Below are positions 1 through 14,560 of a stretch of DNA of 63,859 bases, piece after piece (within the stretch, counting starts at the first letter, position 1; each line of letters starts with the position of its first letter). The notes under the pieces are model-generated. The model saw only the letters and a program-made list of their open reading frames with translations. It was not told the origin of the DNA and made no database searches. Made by a program: the position numbers and the translations under genes. Source of the DNA: Fimbriosthenelais zetlandica (taxonomy: Eukaryota); contig CDRPQX010000016.1 in NCBI GenBank assembly GCA_977030845.1, positions 496,142-560,000 of the forward strand, in the 5' to 3' direction.

Positions 1-600
1 GAAGGGAGTAATAAGTAGACATTTATAGGGGAAGAGGGGGAAGAGAGGGATGAGGTAGGAACAGGAAGGAAGGGAATGATAAGTAGACATATATACAGGG
101 GAAGGGATGGGGACAGAGGGATGAGAGGGAAAGATGGGAACAGAGGGGATGGGAGGCACAAATACATATAAAGGGGAAGAGGGGGTAAGAGGGTGATAAA
201 GATGTACCTGTAGAAGTGAAGATGTGGGACGATAGGTAAAGGATGGAGGCGTCTATAGTGAACTGATTAAACCGTCCATCCCCATGATTAAAGCAGCCTT
301 ATAGACGAGTATTATCCTGATTAAAATAACACTATCTACAGACGGAAATGATGATATAAAGTCTACAGGGGGAAGAGGGGGTAAAGGATGGGGAGGAAGG
401 GAGAAGGGAAAGAGAGAAGGAGAGAGAGAGGAAGAGGGAGAGTGGAAGAGAGAGAGAGAGAGAGAGAGAAAGGAAAGAGAGGGACAGAGGGACCGAGAAA
501 GAAATGACAGTGGGGAAGGGAACAGGGGTCTACCTCAACTCACTAAAGATGATTTTGCTTTAGTGAGTTTTCGGACGTTACGTTTAGTCACCCCTGTACT

Positions 601-928
601 CACTAAGTGAGGCGTATCCTCATTAAGTGAGACGTAGAGTCATTAAGTGAGACGTAGAGTCATTAAGTGAGACGTAGAGTCATTAAGTGAGACGTAGAGT
701 CATTAAGTGAGACGTAGAGTCATTAAGTGAGACGTAGAGTCATTAAGTGAGACGTAAGGTCGTTAAGTGAGACGTAGAGTCATTAAGTGAGACGTAGAGT
801 CATTAAGTGAGACGTAGAGTCATTAAGTGAGACGTAAGGTCGTTAAGTGAGACGTAAGGTCGTTAAGTGAGACGTAAGGTCGTTAAGTGAGACGTAAGGT
901 CGTTAAGTGAGACGTAAGGTCGTTAAGT
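601..928. repeat. 20-bp minisatellite (cattaagtgagacgtagagt / cgttaagtgagacgtaaggt), about 15 units
   Basis: Direct reading; two unit variants arranged in blocks. Confidence 0.95.
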
Positions 929-1476
929 AAGCGGTAAGAATGAAGGATTAAAGTGAGTGTAGTTAACTCATGGATCCGCAGATAGATGGCAGCAGGGAGG
1001 CCTCCATCAAGCCTCATTACCCTAATTATCGCCCAGTACGCCCTCTACAGGCTCACAGTGGAACCAGGTGTCAAGATTAAACTGGATGTATGGGGACCAG
1101 GACGGGACGCTGTGATTAGGGGCTGTGGGACCAGGATAAAGCATGTGATCAATGTGATTGGGGACCAGGATGAGGCACGTGATTAGGTTAGTTACCATGG
1201 TGAGGGGATAGGTAGAGTCAACATGGATCACTGAGCGTTAGGCTTACGATACAAGGAGCGTAGCCCGAGCTACCGATTAGTCACGAGGTCATCAGACAGT
1301 CTTACTGCTCAAAAACTCTTCACATAAAGAATAGAGAGCTACACATGACCTCTCACACTGTGGCGGGATTACTGTCAGTGTCCCTGCTCTCTCATTTCCC
1401 CTCCCTCTTTCTCATTTCATTCCCTGTTCTATCTTCTTTCATGTTCACTTTCTTTTTCTGTCTCTTACCCTCTCTC

Positions 1477-1509
<33 letters not shown>

Positions 1510-2949
1510 GTAAGAACTCATACTAATGGATCATGTTGTAGAATCTTTCTGTTGAACGCCGTGACGTCACTCAGACAACCTGATGAATGTAGCCACTAGT
1601 CCTTGTAGCCAATCACAGTCCTCCATTTCCTCTCACACAAATTAGAGCATTCAGAGCGAGGCTGAGGCTTTTAAACTCTGTCTACGAGATAAGACGGCGG
1701 TTCAATATAATCACCATGGAGACCGGGCCTTGGTTACCCCGCGGGGTCACCCCTCACTGCCCCGCCCCCGCGGGTCAGCCCTCACCGCCCCGCCCCCGCG
1801 GGGTCAGCCCTCACCGCCCCGCCCCCTGGTTGTCAGCCCCGGTACTAACTCCTGTCCGTCTGATTCCTCCAGAGTCCACCAGGTGGCGACATGATGGTGC
1901 GTGACGTCACAGATCAGTAAGATGACGTCACGCGTGACGTCATCTGGTGACGTCTGGACGGTTTGGGGAGAGAAGGGGCTTCATGACGGGGCATGGAGGG
2001 ATGTAGAAAGCTGGAGTAAATCTCAAAGTAAAGAAGTCTCTCTGATTATACAAATGAAATCACAACAAGAAACGCCGCGTTTATACCAAGACTTAAAATT
2101 AAATCCCAGCAGCGGCCATGATCAGCGAATTTAAATTGGTTTGGTGCTCTGCTCTTCCTCTCTCTCCACTCCCCCCCCTCACCTACCCCCCCCCCCCTCA
2201 CCTACCCCCCCCCCCACCCTCCCCCCCCCCCCCCCCCCCACCCTATCTACCATAGCCAAGTGTTGACAGTTGAGTCTGTAATCCTCAATAAAATCATGGA
2301 CCAAGATTGAGGAAGACCAGATGACTGTGAATGACCAAAACGTCTACAGTCGTCTCGCAATACAATCGTAGTGTAGGAGGGTCTCGTGAGAGAATCGTAA
2401 CTGTCTTGAGAGCATCTTGCGAGACCCATTAGTCTCATTGCTTTATAGGGCTCGCCAATGTAGCTAGTCTTTCAATAACTGATTGTGATTGTATGTTTTG
2501 TTTAATGTCGCTTTCCACAATATTTCAGTTACAGCTACGAACATGACATCACATTGCATGACACCTTGTTCTGTGTAACCTTTATGAAATATCTGTCCAT
2601 AAGACATAGAAAGCCCCCTCTAACCAACCAATCTAACTACACTATGTTCTACGAGTAGGTCTATTTAACTAGAGAGTGGCAGAGCTTATGAACAAATAAA
2701 AACTGTCTTATTGCGTCTGTGTAGAATGACCTTCATCTATTGGCCTGCTATCACCAGCTAGATGGACTGGAGTAACCACTCACAATACGACCTGATACCG
2801 CTGGGGAAACCCCCTTTTCTACCACTCACCTACTTGTCTATGGTTATTAACCTAAAACCATGTCCTAGACAATGAGGCAGGATTGACACTGCTTTCATTT
2901 CCCTCCAGACTTCAACACTGGACCACAGAGTGATGGGGCAACCATCGAC

Positions 2950-4050
2950 GGACAGGCCTCCCACCCCAGATAGTGGGAGACATGGCTGGTCTTTTACAGG
3001 CCTCCCACCTCAGATAGTTGGAGACATGACTGACCTTTTACATGCCTCTCATCGCAGACAGTAGCAGACATGGCTGGCCTTTTACATGCCTCTCACCGCA
3101 GATAGTGGGAGACATGGCTGGCCTTTTACATGCCTCCCACCGCAGATAGTGGGATACATGACTGGCCTTTTACATGCCTCTCACCACAGATAGTGGGAGA
3201 CATGGCTGGCCTTTTACATGCCTCTCACCGCAGATAGTGGGATACATGACTGGCCTTTTACATGCCTCTCACCACAGATAGTGGGAGACATGGCTGGCCT
3301 TTTACAGCCCTCCCACCTCAGATAGTTGGAGACATGACTGGCCTTTTACAGCCCTCCCACCTCAGATAGTTGGAGACATGGCTGGCCTTTTACAGCCCTC
3401 CCACCTCAGATAGTGGGAGACATGGCTGGCCTTTTACAGGCCTCCCACCTCAGATAGTGGGAGACATGGCTGGCCTTTTACAGCCCTCCCACCTCAGATA
3501 GTGGGAGACATGGCTGGCCTTTTACATGCCTCTCACCACAGACAGTGAGAGACATGGCTGGCCTTTTACATGCCTCTCACCACAGATAGTGGGAGACATG
3601 GCTGGCCTTTTACATGCCTCTCACCACATATAGTGGGAGACATGGCTGGCCTTTTACAGGCCTCTCATCGCAGACAGTAGCAGACATGGCTGGCCTTTTA
3701 CATGCCTCTCACCTCAGATAGTTGGAGACATGGCTGGCCTTTTACATGCCTCTCACCTCAGATAGTTGGAGACATGGCTGGTCTTTTACAGGCCTCTCAC
3801 CTCAGATAGCGGGAGACATGACTGGTCTTTTACATGCCTCTCACCACAGACAGTGGGAGACATGACTGGTCTTTTACATGCCTCTCACCACAGACAGTGG
3901 GAGACATGACTGGTCTTTTACATGCCTCTCACCACAGACAGTGGGAGACATGACTGGTCTTTTACATGCCTCTCACCACAGACAGTGGGAGACATGACTG
4001 GTCTTTTTCAGCCCTCCCACCTCAGACAGTAGCAGACATGGCTGGCCTTT
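2950..4050. repeat. 44-bp minisatellite (tttacatgcctctcaccacagatagtgggagacatggctggcct), about 25 units
   Basis: Period 44 measured between 3084 and 3128; units diverge at several positions. Confidence 0.95.
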
Positions 4051-6809
4051 GATACTCCAGTTAGCAGCACTGCAGTGTGGGAAGGACAAAATCCATAGGC
4101 TGCTGGGGGAATTGAACCCATGACTTCTCGGATTGTTAAAGTGCCTGAACCAGGAGTCTAACTAGTGAAAGAGATAGGTACAAAAGTAAATTTATACAGG
4201 GGCAGGAGTAGTATGAAAACTGTTGGTATGGTAAATGGTAAATGTGTAGAATGCTAGGGGAATTGAACCCAGGACTTGTGACGTTGATATGATACATTGT
4301 ACTGCCTCAGGGTGCTATATGGCGGGAGGTACGGTACCGGTGAGTACATGAAGGTTATAGCACGAGGGTAATAAAGATAATCTCATCACATCTCGCTCTC
4401 ATCTCGTTCACATCTCGTTATTAACGTGAGATGTGAAGACTAGTTCACACTAATCACGAGAGGTGGCGCTCATGATCGTCAATCACAATTAGCCGCTAGA
4501 GGCAGATTATAAAGGGGGCTGGGGGCGAGGGGCTGGGGGCCGGTGGATGGGGGTCCGGGGAGAGGGCAATGACCTCCTCAACAATCTGTTGCTTTATCTC
4601 TATAGTAAAGTCAGGCCCCCACTTTCACGATAGACCACTAAAACAGCAGTCAGAATAGCTTATATGATAGAGGAAATACCTCTAATTCGAGCACTAATAA
4701 TAAATGTACTCGCCTACACCCCTCTATCTCTTTCTATTTCTCTCTGTCTCACTCTATCCCTCTACTTCTCTCTCTGCCTCTTTTTTTCTATATCTATCCC
4801 TCTCTCTATCTCTCCTCTCTCTACCTCTCTCTACCTCTCATTGTAAGTGGAGTAGCTGTGAGCCACTCAGTCTCTCATGTTGGTTTTCGCTCACCGCGCA
4901 TCGTTTTCCGGCGGTAAAAGCTCACCTTTCATCTCACAGAGCGACCTCTGATGAGAGGAAACCAGTCCCCGCAGGTTGCTACGTCTGCCACCATGTCTAC
5001 AATGTCCTAACCATGTCCTAACCATGTCCCAGCCATGTCCCAGCCATGTCCCAGTCAGTATCAAACAAAACAGAAATCGCAGTAAGCAGAAGTTTATGGT
5101 TACAGTCAAGCCCGGGTTGCTTCCTACCATGTCTCAAATACGTACAGAGGATTCTAATGGGTCAGCTACCAAATAAAATCACCAGATTATGACTAAAATC
5201 CCAACTACAATACTCAGGGTAAGGGAAGGAAAGCAACTGAGACTAAGGGAGTGAAGAGAGGTGAGCAATAAAGAGAGGAAGGAGACGGAATGAAAGAAAG
5301 AAGGATGGAAGGAAGGAAGGAAGGAAGGAAAGAAGGAAGTTAGTGGTCTGTGTTTGGAGGATTGGGGGTTGGGTTGGGAGGGGGAAGGGCAGGAGGGGAG
5401 GGAAGAGGGGACTCAGGTGGGTGTAGGGTCATTTAACCAGGTTAGGTGTCTACTGGTCCCCTACTCTATCTTTATTAGGTGTCACCAGAACGAGGCTTGT
5501 GTGAGGCTAGGGGACCAGCACAGAGAGGTCAAGGTCATTCACATACAAACGAGGCCGAGTATCAGGTCACACAAGGTCATATCAGCTCATACAAGGTCAT
5601 ATCAGCTCACACAAGGTCATGTATAAGGTCATAAGGTCATAAGGGCATTAATTGTAACCCTTGCTGAGGTACTGATATTCTTTTTGTTAATCTTTTCCTT
5701 GACATTTTCCCCGCGTCTCAAACCTTTCATGAGGTAAAATAGGGGGCCTGTCATGACGTCATCACAGGATGTAAGGAGGCTGCTGATTGGTGGAGATTTG
5801 ATGAAGGATCAAAGAGGAGAAAAGTGGAGAAGTTCAGCCCTGAATGTGACATTCAAAAACATCCTGCCTCACACGACTATCTGAGAGCTTCATGCGACTA
5901 TCTCAGAGCTTCACACGACTATCTCAGAGATTACTCCGACATTTACAGTTAGTGAGACTTTGTAGAGGGATGGAGAGAGCGTGAGAGGTGAGAGAGGTGA
6001 GAGAGGGATGAATATAAAGCTAAACACTGTCATAATCTCACATTATACACACATACTATCATAGATACATCGCCATGGGAACAACTCTCACTGTCACAGA
6101 GAGAAAAAGGCGCAGAGAAAAGAGGAACAGAAGACGAAGAGACGAGGGAATAGAAGACACAGAAAGCGGGGAATAGAAGACGGAGAGATGGAATATGGAG
6201 AGGGCTGCAAAGTGTTGCTAAGGCAACAGATTAAGATGGGCCACCTAGCGTGGCTTTGTGGAACTATCAGGTGGCGGGAGCTGAAGCCATAGATTACTAC
6301 ACAAAGCATCGCCTAGATGGCGCCACTTTGATGTCACGTCATGAATAATGAATACAGGGGGCGCTTTCTGCCAGTGTCGCCCCCTTGTGGCGGAGCTTCT
6401 AGTTCTCATTTTGCTCACTAGTTGATAAATGTCACCTGGCGGTGAAGGTCGTTAGTAGGTAGTGACACCAGGTGGGATTCCCGGGAACTAATCTCTGCCC
6501 TGATGGCTGTAGCAATGCATGATGGGAGGAGGGTGAAGAGATGGCGTCTGTTACTATGGTAACATCTACCATCAGATGAGGTGCTAATTCTACCGGCAGA
6601 TATTAAAAACCCCGAGTAGCAGACGCTACATGGGAAGACGAGAAAGTTAGAGGAATGAGATGACAGATGTGAGAGAGAATGAGAGAGTGAGAGGAGAGAT
6701 ATGAGAGAGAATGAGAGAGAGAGATTCAGGGAGAGAGATTCAGGGAGAGAGAGTTATACCTGGAATGTAGACATATTAATAGGCCAGAGATTTACACGAT
6801 TTCTATCAA

Positions 6810-6950
6810 CTACTCGAGGGACGAACTCGAGGGACGAACTCGAGGGACGAACTCGAGGGACGAACTCGGGGGACGAACTCATGGGACGAACTCGAGGGAC
6901 GAACTCAGGGGACGAACTCATGGGACGAACTCAGGGGACGAACTCAGGGT
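6810..6950. repeat. 13-14-bp tandem repeat (actcgagggacga)
   Basis: Direct reading; explains spurious ORF 6701..6952. Confidence 0.9.
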
Positions 6951-7245
6951 GAGTGAGCAGAGAGTGAGAGAGGGTGAGGGGGCATGAGGTGTTCATAATG
7001 ATATCATTCTATAATGATTCATAAATATAATAAACCATCCTCATGTATTCATGTATTCACTACAGTCAATACTAATACAGCACCTCTCTCTCCCTCTCTC
7101 TGTCTGTCTCTTTCTCCCTACCCCACTTATCTGTGTCCTTTCTTTCTGTTTCTGTTTCATTCTCTTTCTCTCTACCCTTACTTCTCTGTCTCTCTGTCTC
7201 TCTACTCAACCCCTTTCTCTAGTATTTCTCTGTCCCTCTCTGTCC

Positions 7246-7284
<39 letters not shown>

Positions 7285-10200
7285 TCTCTCTGTCCCCCTC
7301 TCTCTCTCTCCCCTCCCCCCCGCCCTCCTATCTCTCTTCCCATCTCTGCCCATGTTCTTTGATGTCTGTAGTCGTCTCCAGTCAGAGCAGGAATTTATGA
7401 GCCCATTACATTTACATATAAACATGACGGACAGCTAGCGCCACCCCCAGACGGCGGCCATGGGATGAATCATTGATTATAAACCATACAGACTGCAGGG
7501 GGCGCATTGGTCCGCAGTGCATTGTGGGAAGTCTCGGCGAGTCTCGCACAATACGAGAGATAACGAGATCCAGGTGGCGCTGTTGTAGCGGGATGATTTA
7601 TTGCCGGTTTTTAATTGGTCCTCTAAGTTGGCTGCTGGATCCTGATTGGTTGATACAAACTTGATGACCCGGGGACCAGTGAAAGGTTACCGGGGGACCA
7701 GTCTGAGCTGACCTCAATACGCGACACATTGACAGACCTACAGCCGGGACCTGAATGAAGCTAATTACTCATTATATCTACAAGAACATTCACTAAACAT
7801 TCAAAGAAATGTAATCTAAACTAAATGATAGAACCTTTAATAGGCCACCATTCTCAAGGATGGGTTAAGGTGCTCACACAAAGTAGGCTATGTGGCTCTA
7901 TTATAGTGGGTAGACACATTAATCCATTCTCTATCCGGCTATATAACTATCTGATAGCTGTCTGATTCTATATTTCTGTTCACACCAATGTTTGAATTTT
8001 TAACAAACATCTACACCTAGGTAAGGCTAACCTCTGACACAATGTCAATCATTGGATGTCATTATAAATGGAGTATTGGATGGTGAAGGAGGATGGGATT
8101 AGTGTGTGGGCAGCTTTATGGTAGGTATATGTTGGTATATGTAATAAAGGTTGACATGTGAAGCAGAACAGATCAGAGAGCAGGAACATGACAAACACTA
8201 ACCTAAACATTAACCTAAAAACACTAACATGGACTTCATCTAACCCGACAAGGAGGAAGGCCTTGAAAGGAAGCCAGACCGGACAAGGAAGCCATAGCAA
8301 GGAAGTCAGGGAAGCCAGCTAAAGGAAGAGCGGTACAAGGCCACTCAAAGGGTCTGCGTCGCACGCGAATGCCTCAACATTTTGTCATTTTAAATTAATT
8401 TTACTAACATATTCCAGAAGAAGATTCCTGGATTTGTGTGTTATGTCACAAGGTTTGGTAACAGTGCAATGTCACGAGTAGACTGAACTAGCCCCACACC
8501 CCCCGCCCCACCCCGCCCCACCCCGCCCCCCGCGACCACCCCACACACCACAACCACAGATAATCAAGTCCCCGGATATAAATGACCTTGACCTTGACCT
8601 AGGATGATATGGCGGCGGGTATTTGGTGTGTGAGTGTAGTGCGGGGTGGAGACACGAGGTGGCAGAGTGATCAATACAACCACAGCCTCACTCTGATAAT
8701 GTATGACGTCACATGACCCTGGTCACCACTGTCCCTCACCTTCACCTGACCTTGACGTGACCTTGACGTGACCTGTATCTGACCCTGTGACCTGAGTTAC
8801 TCTGCAGGGAGCAGCTCGTTAATTTCTACTTCTCATTGTTTGGGGATGACGTCACGAGGGGATTCATCCATTTTCTCGCGTCTCTGAGTATAGACCAGGC
8901 CCGGGCCCCAGTATAGACCAGGCCCGGGCCCCAGTATGTGTGTGGGTATACATCAGACCATCATTAATTTCAGCAGCTACAGTCATTGCCCGAGTTCACT
9001 AAAGGTTTTTTTGCTCCTACGACTTCATGATTTGCAAATAACTTGTAAGCATTAGTAAGGAAAGAAAGCTCAAGTGGATGTGCAAGATCTAGAATCTTCT
9101 AGAGGCATTTTAAATTCATAAGATGCATGGCATAGTCCTTAAATAAATGCTTTGTTGCTAGATAATTCAGTTTAACACAAATACAATTCATAGCAAAGCA
9201 TGGTGGCAAAGTAATAACGCCAGTAATGAGATATATGTGGAAGTAATGGAAACCAATTCCCAATACACATTTCATGAGTGTCACAAAAGATTAATGGTGC
9301 AGCTGCTGTCACCGTGCTGTCACATTCACCTCAGCCAGCTGTCACCGTGCTGTCACTACCACCTCAGCCAGCTGTCACTAATTACAAACTTCTGACTTTC
9401 AGGGGGTTATGGAAGTCTCCCATGTAGAGGTAGAATAATCTATACTGAGAGACGCTGGTACGGCCGGGTGAGAGACGGTGGCGCCACATGGTGGAGACGC
9501 CTGGACTTGTTCCTCTCCACTACCCTGGCCGCCATATTGACTCACTGACCCGCAGTTAGCCCCCCCAGAGCCCCCTGGCGCCGCGCCATCGAATCACCAT
9601 TTTTCACCACGTTTTATTGATTCAATTTCTCAGACAATTGCACTTGTAGGGGTTAATCCCTGAAAGTGGCAGGAGATGCCATGAAGTGGACACCCGGGCG
9701 GCAGGGTGTTGCCTTCGTGGATCTAATCAGGAGCCTCGTTACTAACACTGTTTACAAATCGTATCCTTCCGCCTGGGATTACTTTCTGTGGCGGAAGGTT
9801 TGCTTTTAATCGGTGGAGAGTGAAATAGATCCCTACGCGGGTCCACAGTCTGATCACGTGACACGAGGGGTCAATGTGAAATGTAAATAACACAATCCAG
9901 AGCTTTATCACCCTCATCCTGAAAGTCACTCAGCAAATGACCACCTCATCCTCTCCCCCTACTCTCTCTTCATCCTCCATCTCTCTCTTCCTCACTCTCT
10001 TTTCCCTGTCTTTCTCTCTCCATCTGTCTCAGTGTCTGTTTGTCTCTCTTTTTCTCTCTCTCTTTCTCTCTTTCCCTCTCTTGAGCTGTCCATATCTGTC
10101 TCTTGAGCTGTCTATATCTGTCTCTGTCTCTGTCTCTGTCTCTCACTCTCGCTCTCTCTCTCTCTCTCTCTCTCCCTGATATTAATGTACCAGATTGTGT

Positions 10201-11329
10201 CTCAGATCTACGCATTACAATCTGTCCATAATAATAGCACATAAACGGCCAGGCATGTCATTGACATGAATCAATTCAATTGAGGAGATAAATGAATGTA
10301 GCACTCATAAAAAATTCAATTCCTTCAAAATGTGAGTACATTTTAACTTGTATGATCCAGGAATTATTACCAATATTTCCATAAGCAGTTACCAATGAAT
10401 GTGAGCAGCAGTATATATGTATTGTTTATATTAATGGGGCGACTATAAGCCTGTGTTTGTAGATTAACACAGCTGTTGTTTATATGTAGAAGCCTCGTAA
10501 CTTACATGGTTATTACTGGTGATAAGCTGGCGTATTGTAACCCATACAATCACCACCAGCATGCCTCTTATCATGTACCGTTATCTTCACATCTACATGT
10601 ATTAATCATGTCAAACATTACTCCCATAAACCAGTCTATAGACATCCATAAACCAGTCTGTAGACATCCATAAACCAGTCTGTAGACATCCATAAACCAG
10701 TCATCCTCAAAGCTGGCCTTTCTCTTGTCTTAATCACTGATTCTTTAACTGTTTATGATTTATGACATTAATAAGAAATCACCCACATGAGGGGGAACAT
10801 TTACAGAACTGTAGTGAACAGAGGAAGTCATTCACAATAGAGAAATGGATGATAATTATCATAGTTCATGGAACAGTTCATGGACAAGTTGGGGTCAGGG
10901 TGGGGGGGGGGGGTCAGGGTGGGGGGGGGGGTCAGGGGGTGAGGGTGGGGTGGGGGTGAGGGGGTCAGAGGGGCAGCTGGTGGATATACAGCCTTTAAAT
11001 AATCTGTGGGAGGTTAGATGTTGATAGAGCACCAGTGGTAAGTGGAGGAGAGAGAGAGAGAGAGTGGAGGTAGAGGGAGAGAGAGGAGAGAGAGAGAGAG
11101 AGACAGAGTGGAGAGAGACAGAGTGGAGAGAGGTAGAGAGAGAGGAGACTATAGACACACACAGGGTAAGTCCTACTCCCATCATTAACTTTATATCAAA
11201 ACACAGAAATATACTGTGTCTATTAGTAAATAGTATATGAAAATCAATTCATGCCTTTCACTGCCTGAAGTAGGAAGCATGCTACGGAAACATACAGGTG
11301 CCTTTTGAGAAGAAATCCATGGAGGGGTG

Positions 11330-11337
11330 TATATAAA
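11330..11337 (+). promoter_or_regulatory. Candidate TATA box of dehydratase paralog 1
   Basis: TATATAAA about 85 nt upstream of ATG 11420. Confidence 0.45.
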
Positions 11338-11419
11338 TATATATAAGTCTATACTGGGGTTGTAACCTAATCTGTATGTACCATGTCCTATTTAAAGGCT
11401 GCTACTACTTGAGTTTATC

Positions 11420-14166
11420 ATGGATCTGTCAGCAGTTCACACTCTAGCTGAGAAAGCCAGAGAGAGAATCAGTAAATACATCCACCACACGCCACTAGAT
11501 GTCTCCACCAGTCTGAGTGAAGAGACGGGAGCTGAGGTCTACCTCAAACTAGGTCAGTAGGTCACATTAACAGCTCAAACTAGGTCACATTGACAGCTCA
11601 AACTAGGTCATATTAATAGCTCAAACTAGGTCACATTGACAGCTCAAACTAGGTCACATTGACAGCTCAAACTAGGTCACATTGACAGCTCAAACTAGGT
11701 CACATTGACAGCCTAAACTAGGTCATATTAACAGCTCAAACTAGGTCACATTGACAGCTCAAACTAGGTCACATTGACAGCCTAAACTAGGTCCCATTGA
11801 CAGCCTAAACTAGGTCACATTGACAGTCTAAACTAGGTCACATTGACAGCCTAAACTAGGTCATATTAACAGCTCAAACTAGGTCATATTGACAGCTCAA
11901 ACTAGGTCATATTAACAGCTCAGTTAGGTCAGGCTATAGTTGGTATGGCCCTATTATCAGTGCCTGTTTTTTTATTATTTCACAGAGAATGAGCAGGTGA
12001 TGGGATCGTTTAAGGTGAGGGGGGCACTCAACAAGCTGAGTTTACTGCTGGAGTCAGGTAACTATAATGAGAGTAACCCCCCAACCACCTCCTCCAGCGG
12101 CAACCACGCACTCGCCTGCGTGAGTACGGCTTAATTCAAATCATCTTTAAACTATTTCAATTCATTTTAAATTGTTAAATTGTTAAATGTATCATGTCTG
12201 TATACTCCAGGCGTACGCTCAGCGGGTGTTAAAGATGCGGGTACTGGTGTATGTACCTACCACCATCAGCCGCGCTAAAGACGACCATCTCCGCCAGGCG
12301 GGGGTGGAGGTCTGTTACCATGGCAACGACTGTGTGGACAGTGAAACAATGGCGCGGAGTACGGCCGAGGTGAGAGGGACAGGGGGACAGACAGAGAGAC
12401 AGAGGGACAGAGAGAGGGACAGAGAGATAGCGGGATAGAGGGACAGAGAGATAGCGGGATAGAGGGACAGAGAGATAGTGGGATAGAGGGACAGAGAGAT
12501 AGCGGGATAGAGGGACAGAGAGATAGCGGGACAGAGGGACAGAGAGATAGCGGGATAGAGGGACAGAGAGATAGCGGGATAGAGGGACAGAGAGATAGCG
12601 GGACAGAGGGACAGAGAGATAGCGGGATAGAGGGACAGAGAGATAGCGGGACAGAGGGACAGAGAGATAGCGGGATAGAGGGACAGAGAGATAGCGGGAT
12701 AGAGGGACAGAGAGATAGCGGGATAGAGGGACAGAGAAATAGTGGGACAGAGAGATAGCGGGATAGAGGGACAGAGAGATAGCGGGATAGAGGGACAGAG
12801 AAATAGTGGGATAGAGGGACAGAGAGATAGCGGGATAGAGGGACAGAGAGATAGCGGGACAGACGGACAGAGAGATAGCGGGATAGAGGGACAGAGAGAT
12901 AGCGGGATAGAGGGACAGAGAGATAGTGGGACAGACTTTCTATTATCCATCTATAATAATTATGTGACCATTTTTGAGCACTGTAGTTTCTGGTTACAGG
13001 AGAATGGTACAGTGTATATATCACCTTATAACGACCTACAGATCATGGCAGGACAGGGCATTATAGGGTCAGTATTAACCAGTGTTCGTCTGATCTCAAG
13101 TAAACCACTGTTCAGTCAGACTTAGAGATAATCATTTTTTCAACCAGTCAAAATAAAGACACTGTTTGGTCATTGGCATCTCTACATCAAATACACATGA
13201 ATAAAGTAAGTTTGGATCAGCGGTGGCGGGATATTCCGCCTTGATTTCTTACACTGGCAGTTGAGTGACATGTTATATATTTATTTTTCTAGTTTAGAGA
13301 TCTTGGAGGACCTGGCTGACGTAGACGCCGTGTTTGTGTCTGTGGGGGGAGGAGGGTTAATAGCGGGAATAGCGGCCGTCATTAAATACGTCAAACCTGA
13401 CGTCAAGGTCATTGGATGTCAACCACGTCGCTCCAAGGTCATGTATGAGAGCGTCAAGGTCGGGAGGATCGTGGAGGAGACGTCGGGGGAGACGCTGTCT
13501 GATGGGACAGGGGGCGGCGTGGAGCGGGGCGCGGTTAGTGAACTATTATACTCTACAGTTAGACTGTGTCTACAGTTAGACTGTGTCTATTGTTAGACTC
13601 TGTCTATTGTTAGACTGTTTTGTAATGACTAGGCTGGTATTGTAGGTGACAGCTTTAATGACTATAGGCTGGTATTGTAGGTGACAGCTTTAATGACTAT
13701 AGGCTGGTATTGTAGGTGACAGCTTTAATGACTATAGGCTGGTATTGTAGGTGACAGCTTTAATGACTATAGGCTGGTATTGTAGGTGACAGCTTTAATG
13801 ACTATAGGCTGGTATTGTAGGTGACGTTGCCGTACTGCCAGCACTGTGTCGATGATTGGGTGCTGGTGGATGAAGCTGAGATCAGCCTCGGAGTCTTTAC
13901 AATCCTCAAACATCACCACAAGGTAAAATAAATCACAATCAAAATTTTAAAAAAAGTTTAACTTGTAGAATATAAGAAGCTTGTGTAAAACCTGTTAGTT
14001 CGTGTTACAGGTGATTGAGGGCGCCGCTGGTGTTGTTGTGGCGGCGTTCTGTCAGGTGGCAGCACAGTACCAGGGTCAGAAGGTGGCGCTAGTCATGTGT
14101 GGGGGCAACATGGGTGTGGACACTCTGAAACAAATCATAGACCACAATATTAATAAAAGTAATTAA
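11420..14166 (+). CDS. PLP-dependent threonine/serine dehydratase - serine racemase family protein, paralog 1 (330 aa, 7 exons)
   Basis: Exons 11420-11552, 11986-12119, 12211-12369, 13000-13067, 13293-13533, 13821-13922, 14011-14166; all GT-AG with consistent phases (993 nt). Motifs HTPL, KLENEQVMGSFKVRGA (PLP Lys), SSGNHA, SPYND..AGQG, VGGGGLIAG, EGAAG, CGGN. Confidence 0.93.
11543..11928 (+). repeat. 23-bp array containing exon-1 3' end plus donor (ctcaaactag|gtcacattgacag), 15 extra units
   Basis: Units at 11574+23n up to 11896; first 10 nt identical to the last 10 nt of exon 1. Confidence 0.93.
12405..12930. repeat. 24-bp intronic minisatellite (acagagagatagcgggatagaggg), about 22 units
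   Basis: Intron 3 of paralog 1; source of spurious ORFs 12275, 12315, 12742. Confidence 0.95.
13628..13825 (+). repeat. 35-bp array containing the exon-6 acceptor (ggctggtattgtag|gtgac), 5 decoys plus the real site
   Basis: AG ends at 13645, 13680, 13715, 13750, 13785 and 13820 (real). Confidence 0.93.
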
Positions 14167-14560
14167 TAAATCATCAAGTTTTCAGCTCTCTTCCTTTAAG
14201 AAATAACTATATAATTGCACCCGACAAAACAGCGCGTTTACCAGGTCACCCAGGTCAAAGCTAGGTGAGTTGTAGGTGAGTTGACCTATAATTAGGCCAT
14301 CATTTCACCCGTACATGAAGGTGCACCAGAACCATAGCTCACCTCCCCGGATATATTAAATATATAAGTGTATTTATATCATTATTTGTTATTATTTATG
14401 ACAGCAATATGTAATTATTGCTGTCAAAATGAATGAGTTATTGCTGATAACTAAATAAAAGGAGGTTCTATGAGGACAAGTGAGACAAACTACCAGTACT
14501 TTACACACACCCCCCCCCCACCCCATCCCCCCCCCATCCCCCCACCCCCCTGCCCTCACC

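Noticed and set aside
2170-2245. Poly-C/G tracts as G-quadruplex elements (many across the window)
   Set aside because: Ubiquitous low-complexity runs, error-prone in sequencing, with no positional pattern.
601-4050. Regular repeats as possible CRISPR arrays
   Set aside because: Units are head-to-tail with no unique spacers, no cas genes, and the context is eukaryotic; the same applies to all other arrays here.
4090-4280. tRNA B-box-like fragments (also near 27355 and 60860)
   Set aside because: Only the T-arm portion is present; SINE remnants, not tRNA genes.
7014-11185. Leu/Ser- or Arg/Glu-rich ORFs (7014, 7051, 7219, 9937, 9970, 10895)
   Set aside because: Produced by (CT)n/(GA)n microsatellites.
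12275-13125. Long ORFs 12275..13024, 12315..12950, 12742..13125
   Set aside because: Translations of a stop-free 24-bp intronic minisatellite.
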